From positions 35,220-99,219 of the forward strand of contig DAHVLZ010000005.1 of the NCBI GenBank assembly GCA_027320085.1: 64,000 nucleotides of DNA. Direction: 5' to 3'. The translations under genes were made by a program, and so were the position numbers. Position 1 is the stretch's first letter. Every line of letters starts with the position of its first letter. Below the pieces are notes generated by a model. The model ran no database searches and had not been told where the DNA came from. It worked only from the letters and a program-made list of their open reading frames with translations. This document shows, one piece after another, positions 8,472 to 18,428 of this stretch. The stretch is from Pseudomonadota bacterium. GTDB lineage: Bacteria > Pseudomonadota > Gammaproteobacteria > JAKAQQ01.

Positions 8472-11177
8472 ATGATGCGAACGCTTGCCCACAAGGTTTT
8501 TGGCAGCCGCAACGAGCGGGTGATCCGGCGTCTGCGCCGACAGGTGGTGGCGATCAACGCGCTCGAATCCCGCTGTCAGGCCCTGGCTGATGGCGACCTG
8601 CCCGCCGAGACGGCCGCGCTCAAGGCCCGCCATGCCGCGGGGGAATCCCTGGACCGGCTCCTGCCCGAGGCCTTCGCGCTCATGCGCGAGGCGGCGCGGC
8701 GGACGATCGGCCTGCGCCCGTTCGATGTCCAGCTCATCGGGGGCATGGTGCTCCACGACGGGCGGATCGCCGAGATGGCCACGGGTGAGGGGAAAACCCT
8801 GATGGCGACACTCCCGGTCTATCTCAATGCGCTGACGGGCAAGGGGGTCCATCTCGTCACCGTGAACGAGTATTTGGCGAACCGCGATGCGGAATGGATG
8901 CGTCCGGCCTATGAGGCCCTGGGACTTTCGGTCGGCATCATCCACTCGGATCAGCCGCTCGAGGGGAAGCAGGCAGCCTATGCCGCCGATGTCGTCTACG
9001 GAACCAACCACGAGTTCGTATTCGACTACCTGCGGGACAACATGGCCTTTGAAGCCACGGAACGGGTGCAGCGGAAGCTCCACTACGCGATCGTTGACGA
9101 GGTCGATTCCATTCTCATCGACGAGGCACGGACCCCGCTCATCATCTCCGGCCCGGTGGAGGAGGACACCAACCTCTATGCCGTGATCGACCGGCTGGCC
9201 CGCCGGCTGGTCCCGCAGCGGGAGAAGGACGGCCCGGGCGACTTCGAGATCGACGAGAAGACCAAGCAGGTCTATCTTACCGAAAGCGGGCATCATGCCT
9301 TCGAGCAGCTTCTGCTCGAGGCCCGGCAGATCGCCCCCGGCGAAAGCCTCTACGAGCCCCAAAACCTGAAGTTCATGCACTACGTCCAGGCGGCGCTCCG
9401 TGCCCAGCATCTGTACAAGCGCGAGGTGGACTATATCGTCCGGGATGGCGAAATCGTGATCGTGGATGAATTCACGGGCCGGACGATGGAGGGACGGCGC
9501 TGGTCCGAGGGGCTGCACCAGGCGATCGAGGCCAAGGAGGGACTCCGGGTCCAGGCGGAAAACCAGACGATGGCGTCGATCACCTACCAGAATTTCTTCC
9601 GTCTCTACGAAAAACTGTCCGGGATGACCGGTACGGCCGATACCGAGGCCTATGAATTTCTGGACATCTACCGTCTCGAAGTGGTGGTGGTCCCGACCCA
9701 CCGGCCCATGATCCGGAATGACTATCCGGACCTGGTCTATCTGGGCAAGAAGCGCAAGTTCGAGGCCATCGTCGAGGACATCGTGGAGCGCCATGAGCGG
9801 CAACAGCCGGTTCTGGTCGGCACGACCTCGATCGAGAACTCCGAGTACCTGTCCGAAATGCTCAAGCGCCGGCGGATTCCGCACGCGGTGCTCAATGCCA
9901 AGCAGCACCAGCGCGAGGCCGAGATCATCGCGCAGGCCGGACGGCCGGGCACCGTGACGATTGCGACCAACATGGCCGGACGCGGAACCGATATTGTCCT
10001 GGGTGGCAACCTGAATGCGGAACTGGCGGAGCTTCAGGGCCGTCCCGAGGAAGCCCAGCGAGCCCGGGCCGACTGGGCGACCCGTCACGCCAAGGTGTTG
10101 TCAGCAGGCGGACTGGCCATTGTCGGCTCGGAGCGCCATGAATCCCGCCGGATCGACAACCAGTTGAGGGGCCGCTCGGGGCGTCAGGGCGACCCGGGAG
10201 ACAGCCGGTTCTACCTGTCCCTCGAAGACGACCTCATGCGCATCTTCGCGGCCGACCGTCTCAAGGGGCTCATGGGCAAGCTCGGCATGCAGGAGGATGA
10301 GGCCCTGGAACACCCATGGGTCACGAAGACCATCGAGAACGCACAGCGCAAGGTCGAGGCGCACAACTACGACATGCGGAAGCAGCTGCTCGACTACGAC
10401 GACGTGTCCAGCGAGCAACGCCGGCTGGTCTACCAGCAGCGCAATGCCCTGCTCGATGCCGACAACGTGATGGACTCGGTGCACGAGATGCAGGTCGGGG
10501 TCATCGAGCGGCTGCTCGATCCCCTGATCCTGCCCGGAACCCAGGCGGAGCATTGGGACTTGGGCACCCTGGAGGAGGACCTCAAGCGCGATTTCGACCT
10601 GCGTTTCCCGCTCGCGGCCTGGGTCGAGGCCCATCCGGAGGACGGTCGGGAAGCGTTGGCCCGGGATCTCGTGACCGGGTTGGAGCGAGCCTGGCAGGAG
10701 AAGGTGCGGGTCCTCGGAACGGAGGAAATGAACCGCTTTGCCCGCCAGGTCATGCTCATGACGCTCGACGAACTCTGGAGGGAACATCTGGCCGCCATGG
10801 AATACCTGCGCCAGGGTATCCACCTCCGGGGCTATGCCCAGGTTGATCCCAAACAGGCCTACAAGAGCGAGGCCTTCTCGATGTTCACCCAGCTCCTCGA
10901 CCGGATCCAGTTCGATACCGTGAGTGTGCTCGCCAAGGTCGAGATCCGGGCACCGGACGAGGTGGCGGAGCGGGAACGGAAGCGCCGGCGGTCACAGAAC
11001 TTGCAACTGGAACAGGCCCGCCTGGAGGGAGGGGTGGCCGGGGAGCCGGACGGTCTCCCGCCCGCGGCGCAGATGCCGTTTGTCCGCACCGGCCGCAAGA
11101 TCGGCCGCAATGAACCCTGCCCCTGCGGGTCGGGGCTCAAGTACAAGAACTGTCACGGACGCATCCAGGATTTGTAA
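8472..11177 (+). CDS. secA: Preprotein translocase ATPase SecA
   Basis: 901 aa with DEAD motor motifs and the C-terminal zinc-binding tail [14 protein letters not shown]. Confidence 0.97.
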   Translation: MMRTLAHKVFGSRNERVIRRLRRQVVAINALESRCQALADGDLPAETAALKARHAAGESLDRLLPEAFALMREAARRTIGLRPFDVQLIGGMVLHDGRIAEMATGEGKTLMATLPVYLNALTGKGVHLVTVNEYLANRDAEWMRPAYEALGLSVGIIHSDQPLEGKQAAYAADVVYGTNHEFVFDYLRDNMAFEATERVQRKLHYAIVDEVDSILIDEARTPLIISGPVEEDTNLYAVIDRLARRLVPQREKDGPGDFEIDEKTKQVYLTESGHHAFEQLLLEARQIAPGESLYEPQNLKFMHYVQAALRAQHLYKREVDYIVRDGEIVIVDEFTGRTMEGRRWSEGLHQAIEAKEGLRVQAENQTMASITYQNFFRLYEKLSGMTGTADTEAYEFLDIYRLEVVVVPTHRPMIRNDYPDLVYLGKKRKFEAIVEDIVERHERQQPVLVGTTSIENSEYLSEMLKRRRIPHAVLNAKQHQREAEIIAQAGRPGTVTIATNMAGRGTDIVLGGNLNAELAELQGRPEEAQRARADWATRHAKVLSAGGLAIVGSERHESRRIDNQLRGRSGRQGDPGDSRFYLSLEDDLMRIFAADRLKGLMGKLGMQEDEALEHPWVTKTIENAQRKVEAHNYDMRKQLLDYDDVSSEQRRLVYQQRNALLDADNVMDSVHEMQVGVIERLLDPLILPGTQAEHWDLGTLEEDLKRDFDLRFPLAAWVEAHPEDGREALARDLVTGLERAWQEKVRVLGTEEMNRFARQVMLMTLDELWREHLAAMEYLRQGIHLRGYAQVDPKQAYKSEAFSMFTQLLDRIQFDTVSVLAKVEIRAPDEVAERERKRRRSQNLQLEQARLEGGVAGEPDGLPPAAQMPFVRTGRKIGRNEPCPCGSGLKYKNCHGRIQDL

Positions 11178-11268
11178 GGATCCCGGCGGAGCGAAAGCGG
11201 GTTCTCCCGTCGATTCAGCGGGGGAGGCGGGGAGCCCCGACACGCCCGCCCCGCCGGAGCCCCCCGCA

Positions 11269-12189
11269 ATCGTCGCCCTTTGTCTCTCGGATGATGAGGG
11301 ACGATTCCTGATCCAGAAACGTCCGGCCGGCCGCTCCTGGGCAGGGTTCTGGGAATTTCCCGGGGGCAAGGTGCAGTCCGGTGAACGGCCCGAGGAGGCC
11401 CTCGTGCGGGAGGCCAGGGAGGAACTCGGGATCGAGGTCGGTGAGTGCAGGCGCTTTTGCCGGCAGGCCGGACCGACGGCCCACGGGCGGGTATCGATCG
11501 CTTTTTATGCCGCGCATGTCTTTGCCGGAACCCCCGAGCCCCGGGACGGCCAGACGCTCGCGTGGTCGGGGCCCGATCAATTGCGGGCTCGGTCCTGGTT
11601 GCCCGCGGATCAGCCCCTGGTGGATGCTCTGGCGGCCGGACCCTGGTGTGGTCTCACTCCCCGGCTCGACCATCCGGATCCGGATCGCATCGCCACAGGC
11701 TTTGCCCGGGCCATCGCCTCGGGTGTGGGCTTTTTCGTGATCCGTCCGGCTCCCGGGACCCGGTGGACCCCCTCCGAGCGGGAGCCGCTTCGTCTCTGGG
11801 CCCGAAGGGAAGGCGTGCGTCTTGCCTTCGGGCACCCGGGAGGAGCCCCCGACGGAGAAGAGGATCTTCACCTCACGTCCGAATCCGCCCGCTGTCTGGA
11901 TTGGCGTCCCGTCCCGCACGGGATCCGGCTCGGGATCTCCTGCCATGATCCCATGGAGATCGGACGGGCGAATCGGCTCGGTGCCGACTATCTCTTCCTG
12001 GGTCCGCTCCGACCGACGCCGAGCCATCCCGGGTCATCCGGGCTGGGTTGGGCATGCTGGTCGGAGTGGGCGAGCGCGGCACTTTGCCCGGTCTATGCGA
12101 TCGGGGGCCTCGGCCCCGATGACCTGGATGGGGTCCGTCGGGCCGGCGGTTTCGGGGTGGCTGCGATCCGGGCCTTCTGGGACGAGTGA
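11269..12189 (+). CDS. mutT: NUDIX (MutT-like 8-oxo-dGTP diphosphatase) fused to a thiamine-phosphate-synthase-like (ThiE/TenI) domain; start codon unresolved
   Basis: The NUDIX box GFWEFPGGKVQSGERPEEALVREAREELGIEV is followed by a ThiE-like C-terminus (..PVYAIGGLGPDDLDGVRRAGGFGVAAIRAF). This fusion is known from pseudomonads, downstream of secA. There is no in-frame ATG, GTG or TTG between the secA stop and the NUDIX domain; the in-frame candidates are ATT at 11170 or ATC at 11269. Confidence 0.75.
   Translation: MVALCLSDDEGRFLIQKRPAGRSWAGFWEFPGGKVQSGERPEEALVREAREELGIEVGECRRFCRQAGPTAHGRVSIAFYAAHVFAGTPEPRDGQTLAWSGPDQLRARSWLPADQPLVDALAAGPWCGLTPRLDHPDPDRIATGFARAIASGVGFFVIRPAPGTRWTPSEREPLRLWARREGVRLAFGHPGGAPDGEEDLHLTSESARCLDWRPVPHGIRLGISCHDPMEIGRANRLGADYLFLGPLRPTPSHPGSSGLGWACWSEWASAALCPVYAIGGLGPDDLDGVRRAGGFGVAAIRAFWDE
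12001..12099. repeat. Direct repeat copy 1 (attL-like), inside the 3' end of mutT-thiE
   Basis: About 99 bp, roughly 92% identical to 16613..16711, read directly from the sequence. Confidence 0.7.
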
Positions 12190-12589
12190 ACGACACACAG
12201 GGTGGATGCAGGAGCGGATGGCACCGTGAAAGGCCGATACCTGGCGAATCGGGCAATCTGCACGTTGGGCTGGCCGGGAAACCCCACACAAGGCGCCCGG
12301 CAGTTCCTGCAAACAGCCTGCCCCCCGCCACACACTGGTCCTCAAACTCTGGGCACAGCCAAGCAAAACACTCCCGACATGGCCCTGTCTTTGCACCGTC
12401 TTCTACCGGATTGACCGGCCTGTCAACCCGGTGGCACAAAAATCGCCTCGGTCTGTCTCACCTGTGCCCCTGAACAACCACGATAACCCACCTGGGTCTT
12501 CGGCAGGGCCGCCGGCTTACTGTGCTGCGTGACCGAGCAGCTGTTTCACCCGAAAAGCAGGTCTGATCGATCCAGCCCCGAGCGACCCC

Positions 12590-12961
12590 TCACGCAGCCG
12601 CAGCCTTCATGACGAAGTCAGCGCGGATCTCGTCGAACGGTACGCAAAGCTTGCCGTCAGGGGTCTTCTCGACCAGGCTGTACTTGATCATGGCAGCCGC
12701 GTCGTCGTGCACGCGCCGCACGTCGCGTTCGAGCTCGCGCGCCAAGGCGCGCACTCCGATGGGCCCGGTGCGCTGCAGGCACTCAATGAGCTCCCATCGC
12801 TTCGGGGTCAGGATCCGAAAGAGCGCCGCCGGGGATTCAAAATCGAAGTGCTCGCCGGCGTATTTGCCGCTCTTCCACGCCGAGAGAAATCCTGCCCGGG
12901 CAGCCTCAAGGCCCTCGTTCGCCTTTCGGATATGGATGATGGCGATGCGTCGCTGGGTCAT
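12590..12961 (-). CDS. Winged-helix DNA-binding protein, putative antitoxin/regulator of a two-gene module
   Basis: 123 aa. The WELIECLQRTGPIGVRALARELERDVRRVHDDAAAMIKYSLVEK region is HTH/wHTH-like. 4-bp overlap with the upstream 94-aa ORF. Confidence 0.6.
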   Translation of the reverse strand: MTQRRIAIIHIRKANEGLEAARAGFLSAWKSGKYAGEHFDFESPAALFRILTPKRWELIECLQRTGPIGVRALARELERDVRRVHDDAAAMIKYSLVEKTPDGKLCVPFDEIRADFVMKAAAA

Positions 12962-13242
12962 CGGTTCCTCCTCTGCGCCACGTCGCGCAGAAAATCATTG
13001 AGCAGTTTCTCCGGGTTCTCGAATCGGTAGGGTTCCTCGCGGGAACCCTCGTGTCGATGATCGCCCTTCGGGCGCTCGTTGTCGTAGCCAACCTCACGCC
13101 GGCCCGCCTGCCCGTAGAACAGACGGTACTTGTATGGATGCCGCGAGCCGGTGACAGGTTTCGGCACCCGCCAGATCACCATCTCGAGGATCGCACCATC
13201 GTCGAAGTCTTCGCGATAGTGATACACGAGGATGGCAAGCAT
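12958..13242 (-). CDS. Hypothetical 94-aa protein, putative toxin-like partner
   Basis: Compact ORF. Its stop overlaps the start of the HTH gene (ATGA-type coupling). No recognised catalytic motif. Confidence 0.5.
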   Translation of the reverse strand: MLAILVYHYREDFDDGAILEMVIWRVPKPVTGSRHPYKYRLFYGQAGRREVGYDNERPKGDHRHEGSREEPYRFENPEKLLNDFLRDVAQRRNR

Positions 13243-13590
13243 ATTGTCGATTGTGCCAACGCAGCGGGGGGGTTGTCAAGCATGACAACACAGGTGTTAG
13301 CGCAAAGCCGTCATGTCCCTTTTCGGTTTCAGGAGAGGTCATGGCGAGGCGGGGCATTTAAGAGGTCAAGGGCCGAGTGGACGAGACGCAGGATCCGTGG
13401 AGCTGCGGTACGGTCGGCCAGGCCCGCTGTTAATATGACCATGGCCCGGCGTTTTGCCAAGACATTTAATTGACATTGTTTTGACACGGCGCCGCGTTGC
13501 TGTACGCGTCTGGGCCAAGCCTCCTGTGTGAGGAAAATCCACCGAGGAAACTTTCCGTCGAGCATCAACGAACGGCTCACAGGAGGGTGC

Positions 13591-16509
13591 ATGTTGGGAA
13601 ATCAGAAAGCTTGGTTGAGGCACGGCTCGAGACGAGTCAGAATACGGCTGGTCCTTGCCGCATTAACTGTGGTGTTTTTCTACCCGGGCGCGTCCGAAGC
13701 GGTGCCCGGGCCCGCTTTGGTGGCACAGCCCGTAACGGTGACCCCTTTGCTGCGCAAACGATACACCGGTACGCTTCCGACTTGGCGTGAGGTCACCCCG
13801 GTTGGGACCCTGGTCAGCACCCCGAACTTCCCCACCCGGGTGGCCGTCCGGGGGAGGCGGATTGCGGTCTTGGCCAATGGTGCAACCCCCTTTCAGACGA
13901 TTACCTGGTATTCCCTCCATCTGGATCGCCTCACGCGCATCGCGGCATTTAGCAAGGTTGCCCCCTCCCACCCGGTGGTTCGGGCCAGTTCGGGCACGAG
14001 TGGAGTGGCCCTGAATCCCCGGCATACGGGCCCGGCGGGTACCGTTTACACGACCAACCAGTCAGCCGCCATCCGCAAACGCGAGGCCCAAGCCACCTTG
14101 CGTGCTGAGGCCAACCCGAAGACGGTTCCCACCACGATCGTCTCACAGAGTGATTGGTTCCAGGGTCTCGTGGCGGGTCCCCAGGGCCTCTGGTATGCCG
14201 CCGGAGGTGCCTCGGATCAGGTCATGGCCCTGCGCGTCAGGGGAAGTCGGGTCTCCATCGTCCATCGCTATCCCCTCCAATGGCAGCCTTTCCCCCCAAG
14301 CCAATACCCCTATACCTATCAGGGCGATCATGAACAGAGGCCATGGCTCTACTACCCTGACTCCTTGGTGGTGGGACCGCATGAGCAGCACCTCTATGTC
14401 ACGGGGATGCTGGCCAACAGCCTTGCACGGATCGATTTCGCCGGTGGCAAAACCCAGTACCTCAATGTCGGCCCGTATCCTTTTGCGGTCACGCTCGCAG
14501 ATCTTGGCCGCCGTCTCGTTGTGAGCGACTGGGCCGGCAGTGGAGTCACGGTTGTGGATCGGCGGAGTTTCCAGGTTCTGGGAAGGATTGCCAGTGGGCC
14601 GCCCGTAGGTCCCCAGAGCGTCGCGGCGGGCGTGCATCCGACGGCTCTGGTTCCCGTCCCGGGAACCCCGGATGTGTGGGTCGCTGATGCCAATGATGAT
14701 GCCGTGGTGGAACTGGATGTCCGGACCCTGCGACCTGTGCGGGTCATCGACGATGCGCCCTATCGAGGAGCCCCTCCCGGGAGCTATCCGGATGGCTTGG
14801 CCGTCTCCCAGGGCAGGCTTTTCGTCGCGAATGCGGGCAACGATGATGTGGCTGTGTATGACGAGAAGACCGGGAAGCGCCTGGGCCTGATTCCGACCGC
14901 CTGGTACCCGACGGCCCTCACCCTTGTCCGCGACCGGCTTTATGTCACCGCTGGCAAGGGCTTTGGGACCGGCCCCAACCTCGAGTGGCAATATATCGGA
15001 AACATGATGCATGGCCTGCTGCAGCAGGTTTCCCTGCGACATCTCGCAGCCCGTCTCCCCCACTGGACGCAGAGGGCCTTGCGGGACGATGGCTTCACCC
15101 CGAGGCAGCGGGAGCGGTTGCAGGCGGAGAATGCCCAAACCACCCGGTTCCTGCGCAAACATATCCACTACGTGGTATTCATCCTGCGGGAAAACAAGAC
15201 CTTTGATGAGGATCTCGGGGACTACCGGGCGGCGGGTCGGTGGGCCGATCCCCGCCTCGATTTGTATGGTCCCAAGGAGCTCCCCAATCTCTACTCCTGG
15301 GCCGCCCACAATGTCCTCTTCGCCAATTTCATGGTCGATGGGGAGGTCACGGCCCAGGGGCACCAGTGGGTGGACGGGGCCTCGGATTCTGATGTCGTGC
15401 AGCGTCTCTGGTCGGAGTACTACTCCAATCGAGGATTGCTCTGGAACGCGGGACCCGGCGGAAATGCCAGCCTCGATCCGAAGGCTCCCGGCAGTCACGA
15501 CCCCTACCAGTACCGCGGCAGGAACCTGGGAGATTTCACCAACCCTTGGATCAGCTATCCAGAACGCCTCTATCTCTTCAACGATTTTCTGCAGCACCAG
15601 GTGAGCTTTGAGGACTTCGGGGAAGATCTCGCCCGTCGGCGGGATGGCGTGCTCCGCAGTGCGCTATTGGCCCACGTCGATCGCACCTATCCCGGCTGGA
15701 ATCTGATGTTGCTCGACAAAACCCGGGTCGCCGCGGCCATTCGCTGGCTGAAAGCGCATCCCGGCAAGGCTTTTCCGCACTTTATCTACATCTGGATTCC
15801 GGACGATCACACCGCCGGCTTGGCTCCTTGCTATTACACGCCGGACTACTATGTTGCACAGAATGATCATGCAACAGCCGTGTTCCTCCACTATCTGTCG
15901 ACCACTCCCCAATGGAGGCATATGGTTGTTTTCCAGACGGAAGACGATGCCCAATCCGGGGCGGACCATATCAATGCCCACCGAAGCTTCGCACTCGCCA
16001 TGGGGCCTTGGGTGAACCCCGGGGATCTGGACACGGCCCCCGACTCGCAGGTCAACATCGTCCGCACCATCGAGAGCATCTTTGGGTTACCACCCATGTC
16101 CCAGTGGGATGCCAACGCCCGGATTCTCTCCGGCATCTGGAGAAACACGCCCCGGCCCGATCCTGTTCCGGTGTATCCCATCGGGGTCCCCGTACAGTTC
16201 AATCCGGGGATCTGCAGCCGGCATCTCCTCCTTCGGAGGGAGGCAGGCGTGACCGGGCATATCCTGACACCGGCCTGGCTCAGGGCGCATACCGATCCCC
16301 ATGGGAAAACCTTCCATCTGGCATCCGATGAGCAGTACACCCCCACCACCCTGCTCAAGGTCGCAGGACCCGAACAACTCAAGCAGGAGTGGATCGCCAG
16401 CAAAGGGGTGAAGAGCTACGAACGGTTCATGGCGTACCTCCAGCACTACGCGGCTGCACATGGCAGGACTCTCGCGAGCTATGAGGCAAACGAGGGGAAG
16501 CTCAAATGA
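13591..16509 (+). CDS. Secreted multidomain protein: N-terminal YVTN/lactonase-type beta-propeller fused to a phosphoesterase (phospholipase C / acid phosphatase family) domain
   Basis: Shine-Dalgarno AGGAGGG precedes the ATG at 13591. Signal peptide MLGNQKAWL..LVLAALTVVFFYPGASEA. Propeller blades (LYVTGM..ARIDF, VWVADANDDAVVELD, RLFVANAGNDDVAVYD). HYVVFILRENKTFDEDLGDY resembles the phosphoesterase-family N-terminal motif. The ORF track start at 13528 is an upstream in-frame M. Confidence 0.7.
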   Translation: MLGNQKAWLRHGSRRVRIRLVLAALTVVFFYPGASEAVPGPALVAQPVTVTPLLRKRYTGTLPTWREVTPVGTLVSTPNFPTRVAVRGRRIAVLANGATPFQTITWYSLHLDRLTRIAAFSKVAPSHPVVRASSGTSGVALNPRHTGPAGTVYTTNQSAAIRKREAQATLRAEANPKTVPTTIVSQSDWFQGLVAGPQGLWYAAGGASDQVMALRVRGSRVSIVHRYPLQWQPFPPSQYPYTYQGDHEQRPWLYYPDSLVVGPHEQHLYVTGMLANSLARIDFAGGKTQYLNVGPYPFAVTLADLGRRLVVSDWAGSGVTVVDRRSFQVLGRIASGPPVGPQSVAAGVHPTALVPVPGTPDVWVADANDDAVVELDVRTLRPVRVIDDAPYRGAPPGSYPDGLAVSQGRLFVANAGNDDVAVYDEKTGKRLGLIPTAWYPTALTLVRDRLYVTAGKGFGTGPNLEWQYIGNMMHGLLQQVSLRHLAARLPHWTQRALRDDGFTPRQRERLQAENAQTTRFLRKHIHYVVFILRENKTFDEDLGDYRAAGRWADPRLDLYGPKELPNLYSWAAHNVLFANFMVDGEVTAQGHQWVDGASDSDVVQRLWSEYYSNRGLLWNAGPGGNASLDPKAPGSHDPYQYRGRNLGDFTNPWISYPERLYLFNDFLQHQVSFEDFGEDLARRRDGVLRSALLAHVDRTYPGWNLMLLDKTRVAAAIRWLKAHPGKAFPHFIYIWIPDDHTAGLAPCYYTPDYYVAQNDHATAVFLHYLSTTPQWRHMVVFQTEDDAQSGADHINAHRSFALAMGPWVNPGDLDTAPDSQVNIVRTIESIFGLPPMSQWDANARILSGIWRNTPRPDPVPVYPIGVPVQFNPGICSRHLLLRREAGVTGHILTPAWLRAHTDPHGKTFHLASDEQYTPTTLLKVAGPEQLKQEWIASKGVKSYERFMAYLQHYAAAHGRTLASYEANEGKLK

Positions 16510-16612
16510 GGAGGAATCCCGCCCCCACCCAAGGAGCCGGTGGCTCCGGTCCCTTATGGCGGGTGCGATTCAAACTGATGTGGAGTAGGCTCAATGGATA
16601 CCCCCTATCCTG

Positions 16613-16711
16613 GGTCCGCTCCAACCGACGCCGAGCCATCCCGGGTCATCCGGGCTGGGTTGGGCATGCTGGTCGGAGGGGGCGAGCCGTGCGCTTTGCC
16701 CGGTCTATGCG
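16613..16711. repeat. Direct repeat copy 2 (attR-like): displaced partial copy of the mutT-thiE 3' end
   Basis: Matches 12001..12099 with about 7 mismatches, and diverges immediately after GGTCTATGCG. Confidence 0.7.
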
Positions 16712-16934
16712 CTCCCGCCTCGAATTCTTGCCGGCCCCTCCCGCCGGCAACTTCGCCCAAAGCCGCCGCAGCCGGTTCGGATCCACGAGATGCACCGGGT
16801 CCGGCTCGATCTCCTGGAGCTCCAGCGGACCCCGAATCGTGCTGCCCCATTTGCGTCCGGTTTTATTGAAGATGGCGGCCATGCTTGCATTTTGATAAAA
16901 TGCAAGAGTCTATATCAATACGAGGTCTTGAAAG

Positions 16935-17189
16935 ATGCCATCGGTGACCGTCCGGAACGTGCCCGACGAGGTCCATCGCGCCATCCGCGTGCGAGCCGCC
17001 CAACATGGCCGCAGCATCGAGGCCGAAATGCGCGACATCCTGGAATCTGCGGTGAAGCCGGAAGGCCGGCTCAAGCTGGGTTCGCTCTTGGCCGAGATCG
17101 GCCGCAAGGTCAAGCTGACCGATGAAGAGTTCGCTCTCTTCGAGAGCGCGCGAAACAAAACCCCGGCCCGTGCTGCGAGCTTTGAATGA
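16935..17189 (+). CDS. vapB: VapB/FitA-type antitoxin (ribbon-helix-helix)
   Basis: 84 aa, MPSVTVRNVPDEVHRAIRVRAAQHGRSIEAEMRDIL is a typical FitA/StbC RHH N-terminus. 4-bp overlap with vapC. Confidence 0.8.
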   Translation: MPSVTVRNVPDEVHRAIRVRAAQHGRSIEAEMRDILESAVKPEGRLKLGSLLAEIGRKVKLTDEEFALFESARNKTPARAASFE

Positions 17190-17614
17190 TCCTGCTCGAT
17201 ACCAACGTGATTTCAGAGCCACTGCGCCCGGTGCCCGAGGCCCGCGTTGTCGAATGGATCGACGCGCAAATCCTGGAAACGCTCTACCTGTCGGCCATGA
17301 GCGTGGCCGAACTGCGCGCCGGCGTGGCGCTGCTGCCGGCTGGAAAGCGCCGGTCCCACCTGCATGAGCATCTCGAAAAACGGGTGTTGCCCATGTTCGC
17401 CGGTCGCGTGCTGCCGTTCGACCTGGCTTGCACGGATGCCTATGCCGGACTGCTCGCGAAGGTTCGCGCAGCAGGTCGGGGCATCGAGACGGCCGATGCC
17501 TGCATTGCGGCCGTTGCCATCGCCAACCGGTTTATCCTTGCGACACGTGACATACGCCCCTTCCAGGTGGCTGACCTGAACCTGACCCTTATCGACCCCT
17601 GGGAGGACGCATAG
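17186..17614 (+). CDS. vapC: VapC/FitB PIN-domain toxin
   Basis: 142 aa. Begins MILLDTNVISE with the conserved acidic residues (D5, E.., D..), and ends with a C-terminal ILATRD segment. Confidence 0.85.
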   Translation: MILLDTNVISEPLRPVPEARVVEWIDAQILETLYLSAMSVAELRAGVALLPAGKRRSHLHEHLEKRVLPMFAGRVLPFDLACTDAYAGLLAKVRAAGRGIETADACIAAVAIANRFILATRDIRPFQVADLNLTLIDPWEDA

Positions 17615-18428
17615 GGCTCCGGACACCCCATCAGGATCGGGAAAACACCCACCAGAGTCCGGTCCCCGGTGCCCAAAGAGTTGACGCACGGAAAACCCGT
17701 CGGTAGGGTTGGCCGGGATTGGCCAGCTACTTCTGATGCTGATGCTGGGGTTGGCAGGGGGCGAGGTTGCCATCGATTCAGTGGATTTTGTTGGTAGATG
17801 AACCCGGGTGTTTTGCAGGCGGCCAGCCGGATGTCCCGGTAGCTTCGACAATCGGGCCGAGACACAGCCGTCGCGCACCCGCCCGGACCTTGAGTGCGAT
17901 TAGGAGACCCGCCGGGCTCTCCCGCCAAAAAGGGAACCGCACCCCGTTTGCCGAACGGTTCAAGTTCAATAGGGGATCCGGGAACCCCGATACCGACTGG
18001 AAAGTCTGTACGGGAGTTGTGCGCCATACCGCCTGTAGGCCACCCCGGCAAAAGTGCTTGGGTGGCGGAACCCGTCTGGAGAAAACCTCGTGCCCATCGT
18101 GGAGGGTCCTGCACCTGATGACAATGAACGGATACTCTACTGCAAGCGCATCCACGATACCGAGGCGGATAACCCGGCGTTTGACCTTACTTCGTGAGCC
18201 GCATTTTCGTGAGATCCGGCTGATGATGTGCCTCCTCTTCCTGTAGACGATGTCGCCCCGCAAAAGCGCCGGATCGCCCGGAGGAGGTAGCGAATCCAGC
18301 CACGCTCAAATCTGAGGGCTGCCGTGAAGAAGGGCATCGGCTTGCCGGGCCCCACTTTGGGAAAGGAGTTTGAGAAACCACGGCAGGATCCGGAGCGAGC
18401 CAAAGCGCTCGAGTGAATGCCATCCTTC

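Noticed and set aside
8403-10088. 561-aa minus-strand ORF antisense to secA (and similar 10101..10823)
   Set aside because: Fully overlaps secA on the opposite strand. No motifs. GC-driven open frame.
13528-13590. N-terminal 21 codons (MRKIHRGNFPSSINERLTGGC) of the track ORF for the propeller/phosphoesterase gene
   Set aside because: A strong SD precedes the internal ATG at 13591, and the signal peptide begins there. The upstream extension is probably not translated.
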